Source: an uncultured candidate division WWE3 bacterium (GTDB taxonomy: Bacteria; Patescibacteriota; WWE3; UBA101185; UBA10185). From it: 64,000 bases of DNA. Both the position numbers and the translations under genes were made by a program. Numbering within the stretch: position 1 is the first letter of the stretch; each line of letters begins with the position of its first letter. The DNA lies in contig CAVXUZ010000005.1 of assembly GCA_963765125.1 (NCBI GenBank), positions 361,441 to 425,440 on the forward strand. Reading direction: 5' to 3'. The notes below the pieces were generated by a model. The model had not been told where the DNA came from, did no database searches, and saw only the letters and a program-made list of their open reading frames with translations. Below are positions 51,608 to 62,308 of the stretch, one piece after another.

Positions 51608-53851
51608 CTACTCATCTAAATTAATTCTGGGGGCTTTAATATCGTTTGGAGCAGGAGGTAAACCATCATGCATGGGCATTGCTTCGCTTATTATTTCACG
51701 CGCTCTACTGCCCTGCGCGGTACCTATCACACCACTCTCTTCTAATTCATCGAGGATCCTCGCTGCACGTGCATAGCCTATCGAAAGTCTTCTTTGCAAC
51801 AAAGACGCAGACGCTCTCCCTGTACTTACAACTATATCTACCGCCTCGTCGTAATGCGGATCTTTTTTATCTCCACCTGCAGAAATACTTTTTCCGCTAT
51901 TATCGTCTTTCGGGTTCTCAATAATTTCTTCTTTGTACTCAGGAGGTACACCCTGTGATTTTAAGAAGTTTACCACTCTCGTAATTTCGTCATCGCGAAC
52001 AAACGCACCCTGAAGTCTAATAGGTGTTGGTTTGTCAGGAGGAACAAAAAGCATGTCTCCTTTTCCTAAAAGTTTTTCCGCGCCTGGCTGATCTATAATA
52101 ACTCTCGAGTCAACTTGCCCCGTCACATTGAAGGCAACCCTACAAGGTATATTTGCCTTAATTAAACCCGTTATAACGTCTGCTGAGGGCCTCTGGGCGG
52201 CTAAAACAAGGTGAATTCCGGTCGCTCTGGCTAGTTGGGCTAATCTTATAATATTTTTCTCAACAGCGTTTGGATCTGCAACCATAATCTCCCCCAACTC
52301 ATCGACAATAATGACAATATAGGGAAGTGCTTGAAAACCTGACTTTTCGTTATAAGCATCAATATTTCGAGCTTTTGCACTCTCTAAAAGCTTGTATCGC
52401 CTCGTCATCTCGGTTACCGCCCATTTAAAAACTGCAGGAGCCTTTTCCGTATCGGTTATTAAAGGAGTATAGAGATGTGGAATATCCGCGTAAGAGCTTA
52501 ACTCAACTCTCTTTGGATCGATCATAATAAGCTTTACTTCTTGAGGTGTAGCCCTAAAAAGAATTGAAAAAATAAGATTATGAATAAAGACAGATTTTCC
52601 TGAGCCTGTCGTTCCTGCGATAAGAAGGTGTGGCATTGTATTGATGTCGTAAATGTGAGTTATACCGCCAACATCCTTTCCTAGCACGATTTCGAGCTTA
52701 GATTTTGACGCCTTCATTTGATCTGATGAGATGAGAGATCTAAAGTCCACCTCTGCGCGTCTTCTGTTAGGCACCTCGATACCTATTAATGCTTTACCAG
52801 GAATAGGAGCTTCGATACGAACCGACCCCGTAGGTGACGCCAAAGCCAATGCTAAGTTTGACTGTAGGTTAGCGATTCTTGCCAGCTTAACCCCCGGTGG
52901 AGCTTGTAGAGCATACTTTGTGACCGCAGGGCCTACTTGCACATCTACAATCTCGACTGGTATATCAAACGAGTTTAACGTGTCTACTATAGTCTTTTTA
53001 TGTGCAGCCACGTCTCCTGTGTCAGGCGGCAAACCAGAGCCTTCAGAAAGTAAATCAATTGATGGTAACTCCCAAACTCTATCGGCATAAGGCAAATTTG
53101 ATGAAATTTTTGCAATATCAGATATGTCACTGTTCATCGCCGGCATGGCTCTAATATCAACGCCGGTCTGCGGTTCTGACATTGTAGGTACAATCTCAAA
53201 AGTAGGTTCGTCTGGAATATCTCCATGCGACTGTGAAATAACCTCGCCCTCTAAAGATTCGTCGGGCATTCCAGATGTTACTTCAACCTTATCACCTTCT
53301 TTTTTCTTTATTAAACCAACAATACTAAGTTTTTCGCGGTAAATCTCAACTGCTTTATCTATTGATATATCAAAAATTAAAATTACGGACATTATCAACA
53401 ATCCAGCAAGCAAAGCTACGCCACCGAATACGCTGAAGAGATTTCGCAAACCAAACCCCACCACGTAGCCGATAAACCCTCCTCCACCGCCGTTTATTGC
53501 CACTTCTTTTGACATTTCGGGTGAAATAAAAATATGAAATAATCCAGCAAGTGAAACCAATAAAATCACCAAACCAACAACAACTCTAAGCTCTTTTAAT
53601 CTTGTTTTAAAGGAGTCTATAAAAACTAATCCAATAACACCAGTTAGAAGCGGCAGGCCGAATGAGGCGTAACCAAGGGTTTTTCTAAAAACCAATTGAA
53701 TTTTTTCGTTTAAAAAGTAATGTGGGGCGATAAAGGAAATAATGGCTAAAATTGAGAATAAAAGCAGTAACACCGCAATAATTGACCTTGATGTCTCTGG
53801 GCTAATGTTAAAACTTACTTTGAATTTCTTTTTTCTCCCTCGCTTGGCCAT
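51608..53851 (-). CDS. ftsK: DNA translocase FtsK/SpoIIIE
   Basis: N-terminal TM helices, motor domain (GTTGSGKS, IVIVDE) and a winged-helix gamma domain. Confidence 0.95.
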   Translation of the reverse strand: MAKRGRKKKFKVSFNISPETSRSIIAVLLLLFSILAIISFIAPHYFLNEKIQLVFRKTLGYASFGLPLLTGVIGLVFIDSFKTRLKELRVVVGLVILLVSLAGLFHIFISPEMSKEVAINGGGGGFIGYVVGFGLRNLFSVFGGVALLAGLLIMSVILIFDISIDKAVEIYREKLSIVGLIKKKEGDKVEVTSGMPDESLEGEVISQSHGDIPDEPTFEIVPTMSEPQTGVDIRAMPAMNSDISDIAKISSNLPYADRVWELPSIDLLSEGSGLPPDTGDVAAHKKTIVDTLNSFDIPVEIVDVQVGPAVTKYALQAPPGVKLARIANLQSNLALALASPTGSVRIEAPIPGKALIGIEVPNRRRAEVDFRSLISSDQMKASKSKLEIVLGKDVGGITHIYDINTMPHLLIAGTTGSGKSVFIHNLIFSILFRATPQEVKLIMIDPKRVELSSYADIPHLYTPLITDTEKAPAVFKWAVTEMTRRYKLLESAKARNIDAYNEKSGFQALPYIVIIVDELGEIMVADPNAVEKNIIRLAQLARATGIHLVLAAQRPSADVITGLIKANIPCRVAFNVTGQVDSRVIIDQPGAEKLLGKGDMLFVPPDKPTPIRLQGAFVRDDEITRVVNFLKSQGVPPEYKEEIIENPKDDNSGKSISAGGDKKDPHYDEAVDIVVSTGRASASLLQRRLSIGYARAARILDELEESGVIGTAQGSRAREIISEAMPMHDGLPPAPNDIKAPRINLDE

Positions 53852-53871
53852 TAATCCTATAATATCAAGCT

Positions 53872-55566
53872 TTAGATAAAAATGGAATGCACAATGATTA
53901 GGGGTGTTCTACCTGTTTCTTTTTCTAAAAACTTTTGTACGTTCTTTTCGATTTTTATTTTTACTTCATTCCACTCTTCAATAATATTTGGGTTTTTATC
54001 CAAAACTTTATTTACAATATCTCGAGATTTGCCCAATAAAGCTTTCGATTCTTTAACGTATATAAAACCGCGAGTTACAACGTCGACCGGCCCGGCTAAT
54101 TGCCTTGATTCTTTATAAACGGGTACAACAATAACAAAAACACCGTCGGTTGATAAAAGTGCACGATCTTTCACAACAAGTGGGTTTAAACCAATTCCAT
54201 CGTAAAACATATCTTTGACCTCAATCTTTTCTCCTCTAGTTGCCACGCCGTTTTTAAATTCAACAACGGCGCCTTCGCTAAGTTCGTAAACGCTGCCCTT
54301 ATTAACACCCAAGTCATAAATCATATTCGCATAAGCTCTCATATGAATAAGTCCACCACCAATAGGTATGTAGTATTTTGGTTTGACAGTTAGCGCCATC
54401 TTCGACAGCTCTTCACGATGGCCATGCCCAGACACATGCAAATGCTCCATATTCGTATGATCGTAAACCTCAGCCCCAGCCATAATTAAATTTTCTGTCA
54501 TTCTCTCAACAGCTATATCAACACCAGGAGGGTTGGGTTCGGAAGAAAAAACAACAACGGCATCCTGCTCTAAAACAATATCTCTATGTTCTCCGCGACT
54601 AACTCTATCTAATGACGAACCTTGCTGACCAAAACATCCTGCGATTATATAAACAACCGAGTGCTGATCGTAATCTTGCGCTTCCTTTTGATCCATGTAG
54701 ACATCTTGAGGAAACTTTAAATATCCTAAATTTGTTGCAATTTTTATAGTTGAATCGATCGAACGCCCTGATGGAACTACTTTTCTCCCAGCTTTTATTG
54801 CAGCATCGATAATTTGGTGCATACGTGAAATATTTGATGAGATTGTCGTTATTAAAACCTGTCTACCTTCAAAGCGTTCAAATAACTTTGGAAATGTTTC
54901 AGACAGTGTTGATTCTGAGGCCACACCACCCGCAGAGCGAGAGCCTAAGCAGTCAGAAGCCATCATTAAAACTCCGTCTTTGCTCAATTCGGCAACTCTA
55001 TTTAAATCTAATGGCTTATCAATTACTGGGTTTTCATCAATCTTGTAATCTGCGATGTGAAGCAGCCTACCCTCAGGTGTGTCAATCACTATCCCTAAAG
55101 AATCTGGTACGGAGTGGTTAACATTAAATGCTGAAACTTTAAATACCCCAATCTGTACTGGAGGTGTAGTAGCATCAAAAAGATGAAATTTTGTTGATTC
55201 TTTGAGAGATTTGAATTCTTTTTCTTCAAACTGCTCTTTAATAAAGGCTTGAGTAAGCTTATTTGCATAAACTGGTACGTTAAATTCTTTTAATAGATAA
55301 GGAACGGCAGCAAAGTGATCCGCATGTGCGTGGCTGATAAAAAGCGCTTTAAATCTGTGTGAATTTTCTAGCAAGTACGTGTTATCGGGAATAATAAAAT
55401 CAACGCCAAAGTCATCACTTTCAGGAAAACCAATACCGTAGTCAACAGCAATCAAGTCATCGCCATACTCATAAACTGAAAGATTTTTTGTAACCCCGTC
55501 GCCAATCGCAATGAACTTTAAAACCTTATTATCAACCTGTTTATCTGTATTTGAGAAAAACGCCAT
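53872..55566 (-). CDS. rnj: ribonuclease J (metallo-beta-lactamase/beta-CASP)
   Basis: FISHAHADHFAAVPYL motif. 564 aa. Confidence 0.9.
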   Translation of the reverse strand: MAFFSNTDKQVDNKVLKFIAIGDGVTKNLSVYEYGDDLIAVDYGIGFPESDDFGVDFIIPDNTYLLENSHRFKALFISHAHADHFAAVPYLLKEFNVPVYANKLTQAFIKEQFEEKEFKSLKESTKFHLFDATTPPVQIGVFKVSAFNVNHSVPDSLGIVIDTPEGRLLHIADYKIDENPVIDKPLDLNRVAELSKDGVLMMASDCLGSRSAGGVASESTLSETFPKLFERFEGRQVLITTISSNISRMHQIIDAAIKAGRKVVPSGRSIDSTIKIATNLGYLKFPQDVYMDQKEAQDYDQHSVVYIIAGCFGQQGSSLDRVSRGEHRDIVLEQDAVVVFSSEPNPPGVDIAVERMTENLIMAGAEVYDHTNMEHLHVSGHGHREELSKMALTVKPKYYIPIGGGLIHMRAYANMIYDLGVNKGSVYELSEGAVVEFKNGVATRGEKIEVKDMFYDGIGLNPLVVKDRALLSTDGVFVIVVPVYKESRQLAGPVDVVTRGFIYVKESKALLGKSRDIVNKVLDKNPNIIEEWNEVKIKIEKNVQKFLEKETGRTPLIIVHSIFI

Positions 55567-55581
55567 TATCTAGTAAGTCTA

Positions 55582-56199
55582 TCAGAAGAGGCTCATTTGT
55601 CCATCGTTCAAGATGGGCTCTGAGTGCTCCTGATTTAAATTATTAATACTTTCTAAAACCTTTGGAATATTCATAAAATCACTTTTTAAATCTGCAAGCA
55701 TAGTTGGATTTCTTAACCCTGCTGCCGGATGGTACACAGGGTAAATATTTCTTCCATTAATTTTTATTAAATGCCCTCTGTCTCTGGAAATTTTCCCGTC
55801 AGGGTAAAAGTAATTCATCGCGTATCTGCCTAAAGTTACAATTAGTTTTGGGTTGATGATTTTTATTTGCATAGCCAAGTACGGAGAGCACGCTGTAACC
55901 TCATCGGGCAATGGGTCACGATTTTCTGGCGGACGGTGCTTGATAATATTTCCAATCCAAACGTCGGTCCTTTTAAGTCCAATCTTTTCTAAAAGCGCAG
56001 TGAGAAGATTACCAGCGCGGCCCACAAACGGTCTCCCTGTTTCGTCCTCGGTAGCCCCAGGAGCCTCACCTATAAACATGATTTCTGTTGTGTTACTCCC
56101 CTCACCAGGCACAGGATTTTTTGCCGTCTCATATAATCTGCATTTTTTGCAAAGGGAAATATTTCTTTCAATATCAACTAAAAGTTCGGTGTTTGTCAT
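55582..56199 (-). CDS. family-4 uracil-DNA glycosylase
   Basis: [23 protein letters not shown] motif with an N-terminal Cys cluster. Confidence 0.85.
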   Translation of the reverse strand: MTNTELLVDIERNISLCKKCRLYETAKNPVPGEGSNTTEIMFIGEAPGATEDETGRPFVGRAGNLLTALLEKIGLKRTDVWIGNIIKHRPPENRDPLPDEVTACSPYLAMQIKIINPKLIVTLGRYAMNYFYPDGKISRDRGHLIKINGRNIYPVYHPAAGLRNPTMLADLKSDFMNIPKVLESINNLNQEHSEPILNDGQMSLF

Positions 56200-56744
56200 T
56201 CAATTAAACCTAGCGTTTGTAGCGTGTTTAGAATTTTGATTGTTATTCTTCTCTTACCCTTTTGGTACATTCTATCTGCAATAAAATAGGCTTCTCTAAA
56301 CGACATCCAAAAATTCTCGTCGTAAACAGTTTTTGATAAGTCTATTTTTTCAGTTGGGGCAGTGATAACACAAAAAATATAATCTTTACCAATCATTTGA
56401 ATATCTTTACCGCTATCATCTTTCAACTCTGCCATTTCATGCCTTCCTGGTTTAAACTCCATTCTGTCTAATCCTGCATAAATGATGTTTTTAAAATCTA
56501 ATCCCGTTACAAATTCTGCACCTAATTCTTCGATTAAATTTCTTGAAAGCGCGTCGGCTATTTTTTCTTTATTGTTAATCCCACCTTGAGGTAACATCCA
56601 CAACTTATACTCTTCTTTAAAAAACATAAGAATTTTTTTATTGTGAATGACGCACGCGACAACTCCCGGCCTAAAGCCTTCGTTTCTAATTTTATTTAAT
56701 TCTTCAAGTGTTGGCTCTGTTATAGCCTTTATTTGTTCTTCCAT
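56196..56744 (-). CDS. Nudix-family hydrolase (slightly degenerate Nudix box)
   Basis: [22 protein letters not shown] approximates Gx5Ex7REUxEExGU. Confidence 0.5.
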   Translation of the reverse strand: MEEQIKAITEPTLEELNKIRNEGFRPGVVACVIHNKKILMFFKEEYKLWMLPQGGINNKEKIADALSRNLIEELGAEFVTGLDFKNIIYAGLDRMEFKPGRHEMAELKDDSGKDIQMIGKDYIFCVITAPTEKIDLSKTVYDENFWMSFREAYFIADRMYQKGKRRITIKILNTLQTLGLIE

Positions 56745-56748
56745 AATT

Positions 56749-57843
56749 TTATTCTGGTAAATAATGCTTAAGATTCTCTGACGTCAAATGAACTTGCGTT
56801 ACTGAACCTTCAACAATCTGCTTTGCCACTTTTCTACAAATAGCCTCTAAAGTTCTTCCTAAGCTTCTGATACCGCTGTCATAACCAAAAGGTCTCACTA
56901 TACTTGGCCAGAGAGATTCATCCACTAACAACTCCCCTGGCTTTAAGCCTGAATTTTCAAAGATTTTCGGTAAAAGATAATTTTTTGCGATTACTAATTT
57001 TTCGTGATCTGTGTATGAAGGCATTTTTATTACCTCCATTCTGTCCATTAACGCTGCAGAAATTGTACCAACGTTGTTTGCCGAACAAATAAAAAGCACC
57101 TGCGACAAATCAACTGGAAAATCAACGTAATGATCCCTAAATTCATGGTTTTGGTTAGGATCCAATATTTCGAGCAAAATTGCCATTACGTCACTTAACA
57201 AACCTTTTTCTCCGCTCGCCTTTTCAATTTCGTCTAACAAAATTACAGGGTTCATAACTTGGGTTTTTAACAAAGCTTTAACGATTTGACCAGGTTCAGC
57301 TTCGGGATAAGTTTTACTTTTACCTCTTAATTCTAATGTTGAGCCAATTCCTCCCATGGCAATTCTTACAAACTGTCTACCTAAAGCCTTAGCAATAGAG
57401 ATCGCAAGAGTGGTTTTACCTACACCTTGCAAACCTGTAAAAAGCAATACGGGAGTTTTTGCAAACATGTCACCGCCGCGATCTTTAATCAAGATGAGCG
57501 TTGAAAGATATTCTAAAATTCTTTCTTTAACATAGTCCATCCCGTAATGAGAAGCGTCGAGCAAACCACGGGCCTCTTTTAAATCGAGTTTATCAACCGT
57601 TGATTTACTCCAAGGAATTTTTGCAACAGTCTCAACATAGCGTGAAATATTATCAAACTCAGAAGAGTAATGACCAAGTTGTGCCATCCTATTCAACCTT
57701 CTGAGCATCTGCCTTAGTCTATCTTCAAGAAGGGGAGGAACGCCGGCTATTTCATCTACAGTTTTTGAGAGAGCAACGAGCTCTTCAAAAATGAAGTCGT
57801 CGTTTGAAGCTACTGATTGTTCTTTATAGTCTTGATTACTCAT
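56749..57843 (-). CDS. Lon-derived AAA+ ATPase module lacking the N-terminal LON substrate domain and the entire protease domain
   Basis: Collinear with the LonA ATPase (GLQGVGKTT, VILLDEIEKAS, sensor-2 region ...GIRSLGRTLEAICRKVA). The ORF ends where the Ser-Lys protease domain would begin. Starts inside the Lon pre-AAA helical linker. Confidence 0.7.
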   Translation of the reverse strand: MSNQDYKEQSVASNDDFIFEELVALSKTVDEIAGVPPLLEDRLRQMLRRLNRMAQLGHYSSEFDNISRYVETVAKIPWSKSTVDKLDLKEARGLLDASHYGMDYVKERILEYLSTLILIKDRGGDMFAKTPVLLFTGLQGVGKTTLAISIAKALGRQFVRIAMGGIGSTLELRGKSKTYPEAEPGQIVKALLKTQVMNPVILLDEIEKASGEKGLLSDVMAILLEILDPNQNHEFRDHYVDFPVDLSQVLFICSANNVGTISAALMDRMEVIKMPSYTDHEKLVIAKNYLLPKIFENSGLKPGELLVDESLWPSIVRPFGYDSGIRSLGRTLEAICRKVAKQIVEGSVTQVHLTSENLKHYLPE

Positions 57844-58870
57844 TTTTTCTTATTACAAACTTATCTAATTTCTTTGAAATTGGCTCCTCTAGCATTTTAA
57901 CAACCTCATCAGAAGGATTAAAGGACATCATTAAATTGTAGATGTTTTCTGGTGCTACATTAAATATCATCATAACTAGCTGGCCGTCTGGAGGTAAAAA
58001 GGCAGAAAAGCTACTATATTTTTGGTTATGTGTAATATTTTTTGCTGCACCTTGAGCTGATTTGTTTATCGCATCAAAAAATGCCTCGTATTTGGTGATA
58101 ATGACGATATTTTCAACTAATTCCAACTGATAATCACCATCCTGAAGCTTTACTTTTACAAAGTCATCTTCGACGACACTGCTTGGTTCCTCAGTTGTTT
58201 CTTTTACATCTAGTACTTCCTCGGTTCCATCCTCTAAAATTGCGTCCTTAGCCTCTTTCAGTACAGAGTTAACTTCAAGGGCTTGCGCCTCATCGGGGTA
58301 AACTTCTGCAATAAGCGCGTATTGCCAACCGTTTTCAACCATTTTTCCGTAAATTGCAAACCTATCGTTTAGTGTAATACCAAATCTTTCTTTAACATTG
58401 AGTTGTTGGTCATCTTGCGCATTAAATTTTGTTAAAAATTCATCAAAATTGCTACCCTCAACAAAAAAATCTGCATCCTCAGGGACAAAACGAGTGAGTT
58501 CTTTTATTCCAAAAACAAAATTAGCATCCTTAAGCCCTGCGTCAATTGTATTATTGTAAATAATCCTTTTTGTCTGCACTGGCTGGTCAATTGCTTTTTT
58601 CTTTTGTGCGGCGACAAGCTTCGTCAGAAAAATTGCTAATAGCGAAATTAGAACAAATCCAGCAATAATCACCAAAGCGATTTTTACATTTTTGTTAAAA
58701 GAAAACTCAAACTTAATTTTTTTCTTGTTTGGTGAAAATCTAGATTTTTTTGGATTAAAAGAAGCCGTATGTAAAACTAAATAGTCATCAAGCTTATAAC
58801 CACAATTAGAACAAAAGTAGTTATCGCTATCTTTTAGTGAAACATTACAATGTGGGCAGATTCTCTTCAT
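57836..58870 (-). CDS. zinc-ribbon (CxxC...CxxC) single-pass membrane protein with acidic extracytoplasmic domain, translationally coupled to the Lon-like ATPase
   Basis: N-terminal CPHC...CSNCG, one TM helix, about 250-aa ectodomain. 8-nt overlap with the downstream gene. Confidence 0.4.
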   Translation of the reverse strand: MKRICPHCNVSLKDSDNYFCSNCGYKLDDYLVLHTASFNPKKSRFSPNKKKIKFEFSFNKNVKIALVIIAGFVLISLLAIFLTKLVAAQKKKAIDQPVQTKRIIYNNTIDAGLKDANFVFGIKELTRFVPEDADFFVEGSNFDEFLTKFNAQDDQQLNVKERFGITLNDRFAIYGKMVENGWQYALIAEVYPDEAQALEVNSVLKEAKDAILEDGTEEVLDVKETTEEPSSVVEDDFVKVKLQDGDYQLELVENIVIITKYEAFFDAINKSAQGAAKNITHNQKYSSFSAFLPPDGQLVMMIFNVAPENIYNLMMSFNPSDEVVKMLEEPISKKLDKFVIRKNE

Positions 58871-58886
58871 CTACAAAATTTTACCA

Positions 58887-61118
58887 TCAATTTTGCCTAT
58901 TGTTATATCTTTGTGGTCGATCTCCACGGTCACCTCTTGGGCCATGACCGCCTCTACCACTTCGATCGTTTGGTCTTCCACCAAACCTAGGTCTTGGCTC
59001 TCGGTGCTGATCAGCACCTTCTTCTAATATTTTCTTTGAAAGACTGATCTTACCGTCTCTTGAAACCTCGAGAACTTTAACCTTAACGGTGTCTCCTGCT
59101 TTTAGAAACTTGCTTGCATCGTCAACATATTCATTAGATATTTCGCTTATGTGAAGAAGTCCATTTTTTCCTGGAAGAATTTCTACGAAAGCGCCAAATT
59201 CTACTACTTCTTCGACAACACCGTCGTATATTTCGCCAGGCTCAATGTCTTTTACAAGATTTGCAACAATGCTCGCTGCTTTTTCGACATTCTCTTTGAT
59301 TATGCCTGATACAACAACTGTTCCATCGTCGTCAATCGCAATCTCTGTGTTTGTCTTTTCTTGAATTTCTTTTATTGTCTTTCCACCTGAACCGATAACT
59401 AATCCAATTTTATCTGGGCTAATCATTACGGTTGCTGATTTTGGAGCATAGACTGAAACTTCTGCGCGTGGCTTAGAAATTGTGGCTTCCATAACATCCA
59501 AAACATGTGCGCGTCCTTCTTTAGACTGTTCAATTATTTTTGGTAAAAGTTCAAAAGGTATACCTTTCGACTTCATATCACATTGAATTGCGGTCACACC
59601 TGTTCTAGTACCTGTCATTTTAAAGTCGAGAAGTCCAAATGCGTCTTCCATATAGGCAAGGTCGGTCATTATTAAATGCTTTTTAAAGCCCTCGTCTGCT
59701 ATTAAACCAACGCCAATTCCTGCAACCATATCTTTAATAGGTACACCAGCGTCCATTAACGCGAGTGTTGAACCACATGTTGACGCCATTGAAGTTGAGC
59801 CACTAGATGACATAGTTTCAGAAACCAGCAATATCATGTAAGGAAAGTCCTTTTGTGAAGGTATAACTGGTCTTAAACCATTTTCTGCGATCATCCCATG
59901 ACCGATTTCTCGATTTTTTGGGTATCCAATCTTACCTGTTTCTCCACTCGAGAAAGGAGGAAAATTGTAGTAATGTAAAAATTTCTTTGAAGACTCGCCG
60001 TACATATCTTGTACGAGTAATTCGCTCGAAGGAGAACCTAGGGTGGCAATTGTCATTACCTGCGTAAGTCCTCTTGAAAAAAGCGCGCTTCCGTGAGTTC
60101 TTGGTAAAACACCTACTTCTGCTGAAAGCGGTCTTATTTCTTTAATTTCTCTTCCATCTGGGCGTTTTCCCGTCTCGAGAATCATACTTTGCATAGTATA
60201 CTTCTTTATTAGTTCGACGACAGACAACATATCTACTTTTTTGTACTTTCCTTCAAGACCTGTGGTTACTTCTTCATTAATTTGTGAGAGTAAAAGTTGC
60301 ATCTCATCTTTATCGAGATTTTTTTGCATTGCTTCTTTTATTCTTGCGCCAGCAATTTTTTCAACATCGTTGTAGATTTCTTCACTTGGTTTTGTTGATG
60401 TGTAAGTATATTTTTCATTATTAGGATTTACTTCTTTAGCAAAGTCGTTGATAAAGTCAAAAAGTGGTCCTGTGTTTTCTCTTGCGAAATCAACAGCAGC
60501 CATAATTTTCTCTTCGGGTAATATGTTAGCTTCAGCTTCTAATGCTAAGAAGCGTCTATCATCACCAACAAAAGAAACTATCATATCAAGTTCGCTCTTA
60601 TTATGAAGAACATCTTTGCTAGGGCAAAGCGCGAAATTGCCATCAACGTAACCCAATCTTATTGAGGCCATAGGCCCAGCCCATGGAATATTAGAAGCAT
60701 GAAACGCAGCTGAAGCCGCGATCATACTTAAAAATCTTGGGTCAGCGTCCTGATCAAGTGATAAAACAGTTACTACTAACTGAACTTCATCGCTAAAGTC
60801 GCTTGGAAACAAAGGTCGAACAGCGTGGTCAATAACACGCCCTGCAATAATTGCATCGTCTGAACCTTTACCATCTCTTTTTTGGAATCTGGAATTTTTT
60901 ATTAAACCACCAGCATAGTACTTTTCAAGATATACGATATTGAGAGGAAAATAATCGCTCTCTGGATCGTATCCACCTGAAACTACCGTTACGAGAAGTA
61001 CAGTATCACCATAAGTGGCTTTTACTGACATGTTTGTCATCGTTGCGAGCTTTCCTGTTTCCAACGTTAATTTTCGACCTGCAAACTCAATCTCTTTATA
61101 TATTATATTTTTATTCAT
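58887..61118 (-). CDS. pnp: polyribonucleotide nucleotidyltransferase (PNPase)
   Basis: 743 aa with two RNase PH domains, KH and S1, and an Arg/Gly-rich tail. Confidence 0.97.
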   Translation of the reverse strand: MNKNIIYKEIEFAGRKLTLETGKLATMTNMSVKATYGDTVLLVTVVSGGYDPESDYFPLNIVYLEKYYAGGLIKNSRFQKRDGKGSDDAIIAGRVIDHAVRPLFPSDFSDEVQLVVTVLSLDQDADPRFLSMIAASAAFHASNIPWAGPMASIRLGYVDGNFALCPSKDVLHNKSELDMIVSFVGDDRRFLALEAEANILPEEKIMAAVDFARENTGPLFDFINDFAKEVNPNNEKYTYTSTKPSEEIYNDVEKIAGARIKEAMQKNLDKDEMQLLLSQINEEVTTGLEGKYKKVDMLSVVELIKKYTMQSMILETGKRPDGREIKEIRPLSAEVGVLPRTHGSALFSRGLTQVMTIATLGSPSSELLVQDMYGESSKKFLHYYNFPPFSSGETGKIGYPKNREIGHGMIAENGLRPVIPSQKDFPYMILLVSETMSSSGSTSMASTCGSTLALMDAGVPIKDMVAGIGVGLIADEGFKKHLIMTDLAYMEDAFGLLDFKMTGTRTGVTAIQCDMKSKGIPFELLPKIIEQSKEGRAHVLDVMEATISKPRAEVSVYAPKSATVMISPDKIGLVIGSGGKTIKEIQEKTNTEIAIDDDGTVVVSGIIKENVEKAASIVANLVKDIEPGEIYDGVVEEVVEFGAFVEILPGKNGLLHISEISNEYVDDASKFLKAGDTVKVKVLEVSRDGKISLSKKILEEGADQHREPRPRFGGRPNDRSGRGGHGPRGDRGDRPQRYNNRQN

Positions 61119-61235
61119 TTTTTTATTTTTGGGATACTAAGCAGTAGACGATTAAGAACTGAGATATTTCTTACGAAAAATCATAAAGAATATTCCATTT
61201 CCTAATCTCTTGTACAAATTCTCCCGACTAATTAA

Positions 61236-61505
61236 TTACTTGTTAATGTCCAACTTTTCGAGAAGACTATTATATCTCTCCTCGTCTTTACGCTTTAGAT
61301 AAGCCATAAGTCTTCTTCTTTTATTTACCATCTGTAAAAGACCTCTTCTAGAGTGATTGTCCTTTTTGTGTTTTTTGAGATGGTCAGAAAGCGAAGCTAT
61401 TTTTTCGCTTAGCAAACTAATTTGGACCTCAGGCGAACCAGTATCACTTGCGTGTACCTGTGTATCCTTTATTATCTTTTGCTTTTTATCTTTATCTAGC
61501 GCCAT
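61236..61505 (-). CDS. rpsO: 30S ribosomal protein S15
   Basis: 89 aa from the internal Met, helical S15 family. Confidence 0.9.
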   Translation of the reverse strand: MALDKDKKQKIIKDTQVHASDTGSPEVQISLLSEKIASLSDHLKKHKKDNHSRRGLLQMVNKRRRLMAYLKRKDEERYNSLLEKLDINK

Positions 61506-61552
61506 AATCATTGTACATCTTACCAAACTAAGCCCACTAAATCAACCTCCAA

Positions 61553-62215
61553 TTAGTCCCTATGTTGCGGTTCTTTTAGTGTTATTCCCTTCAATATAGC
61601 CTTTGCAGCTCTCTCGCTTGGTTTTATTCCCCATCTTGGTGCTCTTTGCAAAACTAGTAAACTTAAGCTGGCTGCATCGTGCTCAATTGCGTTTATAAAG
61701 CCAAATCTTTCGTTTGCACCTGAATTATCGATGTTTACTATTCTAGAAAGCTTGGAATTTGAATCCAACATCTCATAAGAAGAGCCTAAATCTTCAATCG
61801 ACTGCGCACCAACTCCAAAGATTAGATCAAAGTCGTACCCTGTAATTTTTGCGGTTACACGCAAATCTTTTTCAAAATCTGCGGGAATTGGTTGAATTTT
61901 TAGAGTAAGAACCCCGTCGTCAGTGTTGTAATGTACTTTTGAAGCATCGGTGTCAGCATAATCTATTGAAACCACTAAACTCCTGTCGCCGATGTCTTTT
62001 GTAACAAGCTCATCTTTTATTATTCCCTCTGTGTCTTTTGGCTGTTTTCCTGGGTAGATGAGGGTTACATTCTTTTCTTGCTCCTTTAACATATAGTAAA
62101 GAGCCACGCTTGCACAAAATGCGTCTGCCCCAGCAACCTTCGAAGGTATGATTGCAATGTTATTCGACTCCTCAATTAAAGACTGGACTCTGTCTTTGTG
62201 ATTTTCTTCTTTCAT
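61553..62215 (-). CDS. DHH-family-like protein with degenerate catalytic motifs (NrnA-like N-domain only)
   Basis: N-terminus resembles the NrnA DHH domain, but the DHH triad reads DNS and no DHHA1 domain is present. Occupies the rbfA/truB slot between infB and rpsO. Confidence 0.4.
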   Translation of the reverse strand: MKEENHKDRVQSLIEESNNIAIIPSKVAGADAFCASVALYYMLKEQEKNVTLIYPGKQPKDTEGIIKDELVTKDIGDRSLVVSIDYADTDASKVHYNTDDGVLTLKIQPIPADFEKDLRVTAKITGYDFDLIFGVGAQSIEDLGSSYEMLDSNSKLSRIVNIDNSGANERFGFINAIEHDAASLSLLVLQRAPRWGIKPSERAAKAILKGITLKEPQHRD

Positions 62216-62262
62216 AGATAGATTTTGGGCGGGTTATTTATACTTTAATTTTTTACTTTGGG

Positions 62263-62291
62263 ATTATACCGTAACAACCCTATAGCGTCAA
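62263..62291 (-). promoter_or_regulatory. sigma70-like promoter (TTGACG-N17-TATAAT) upstream of the DHH-like, rpsO and pnp genes
   Basis: Reverse complement of 62286-62291 is TTGACG and reverse complement of 62263-62268 is TATAAT. Confidence 0.5.
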
Positions 62292-62308
62292 CCTCGGGGG
62301 TTACATTC

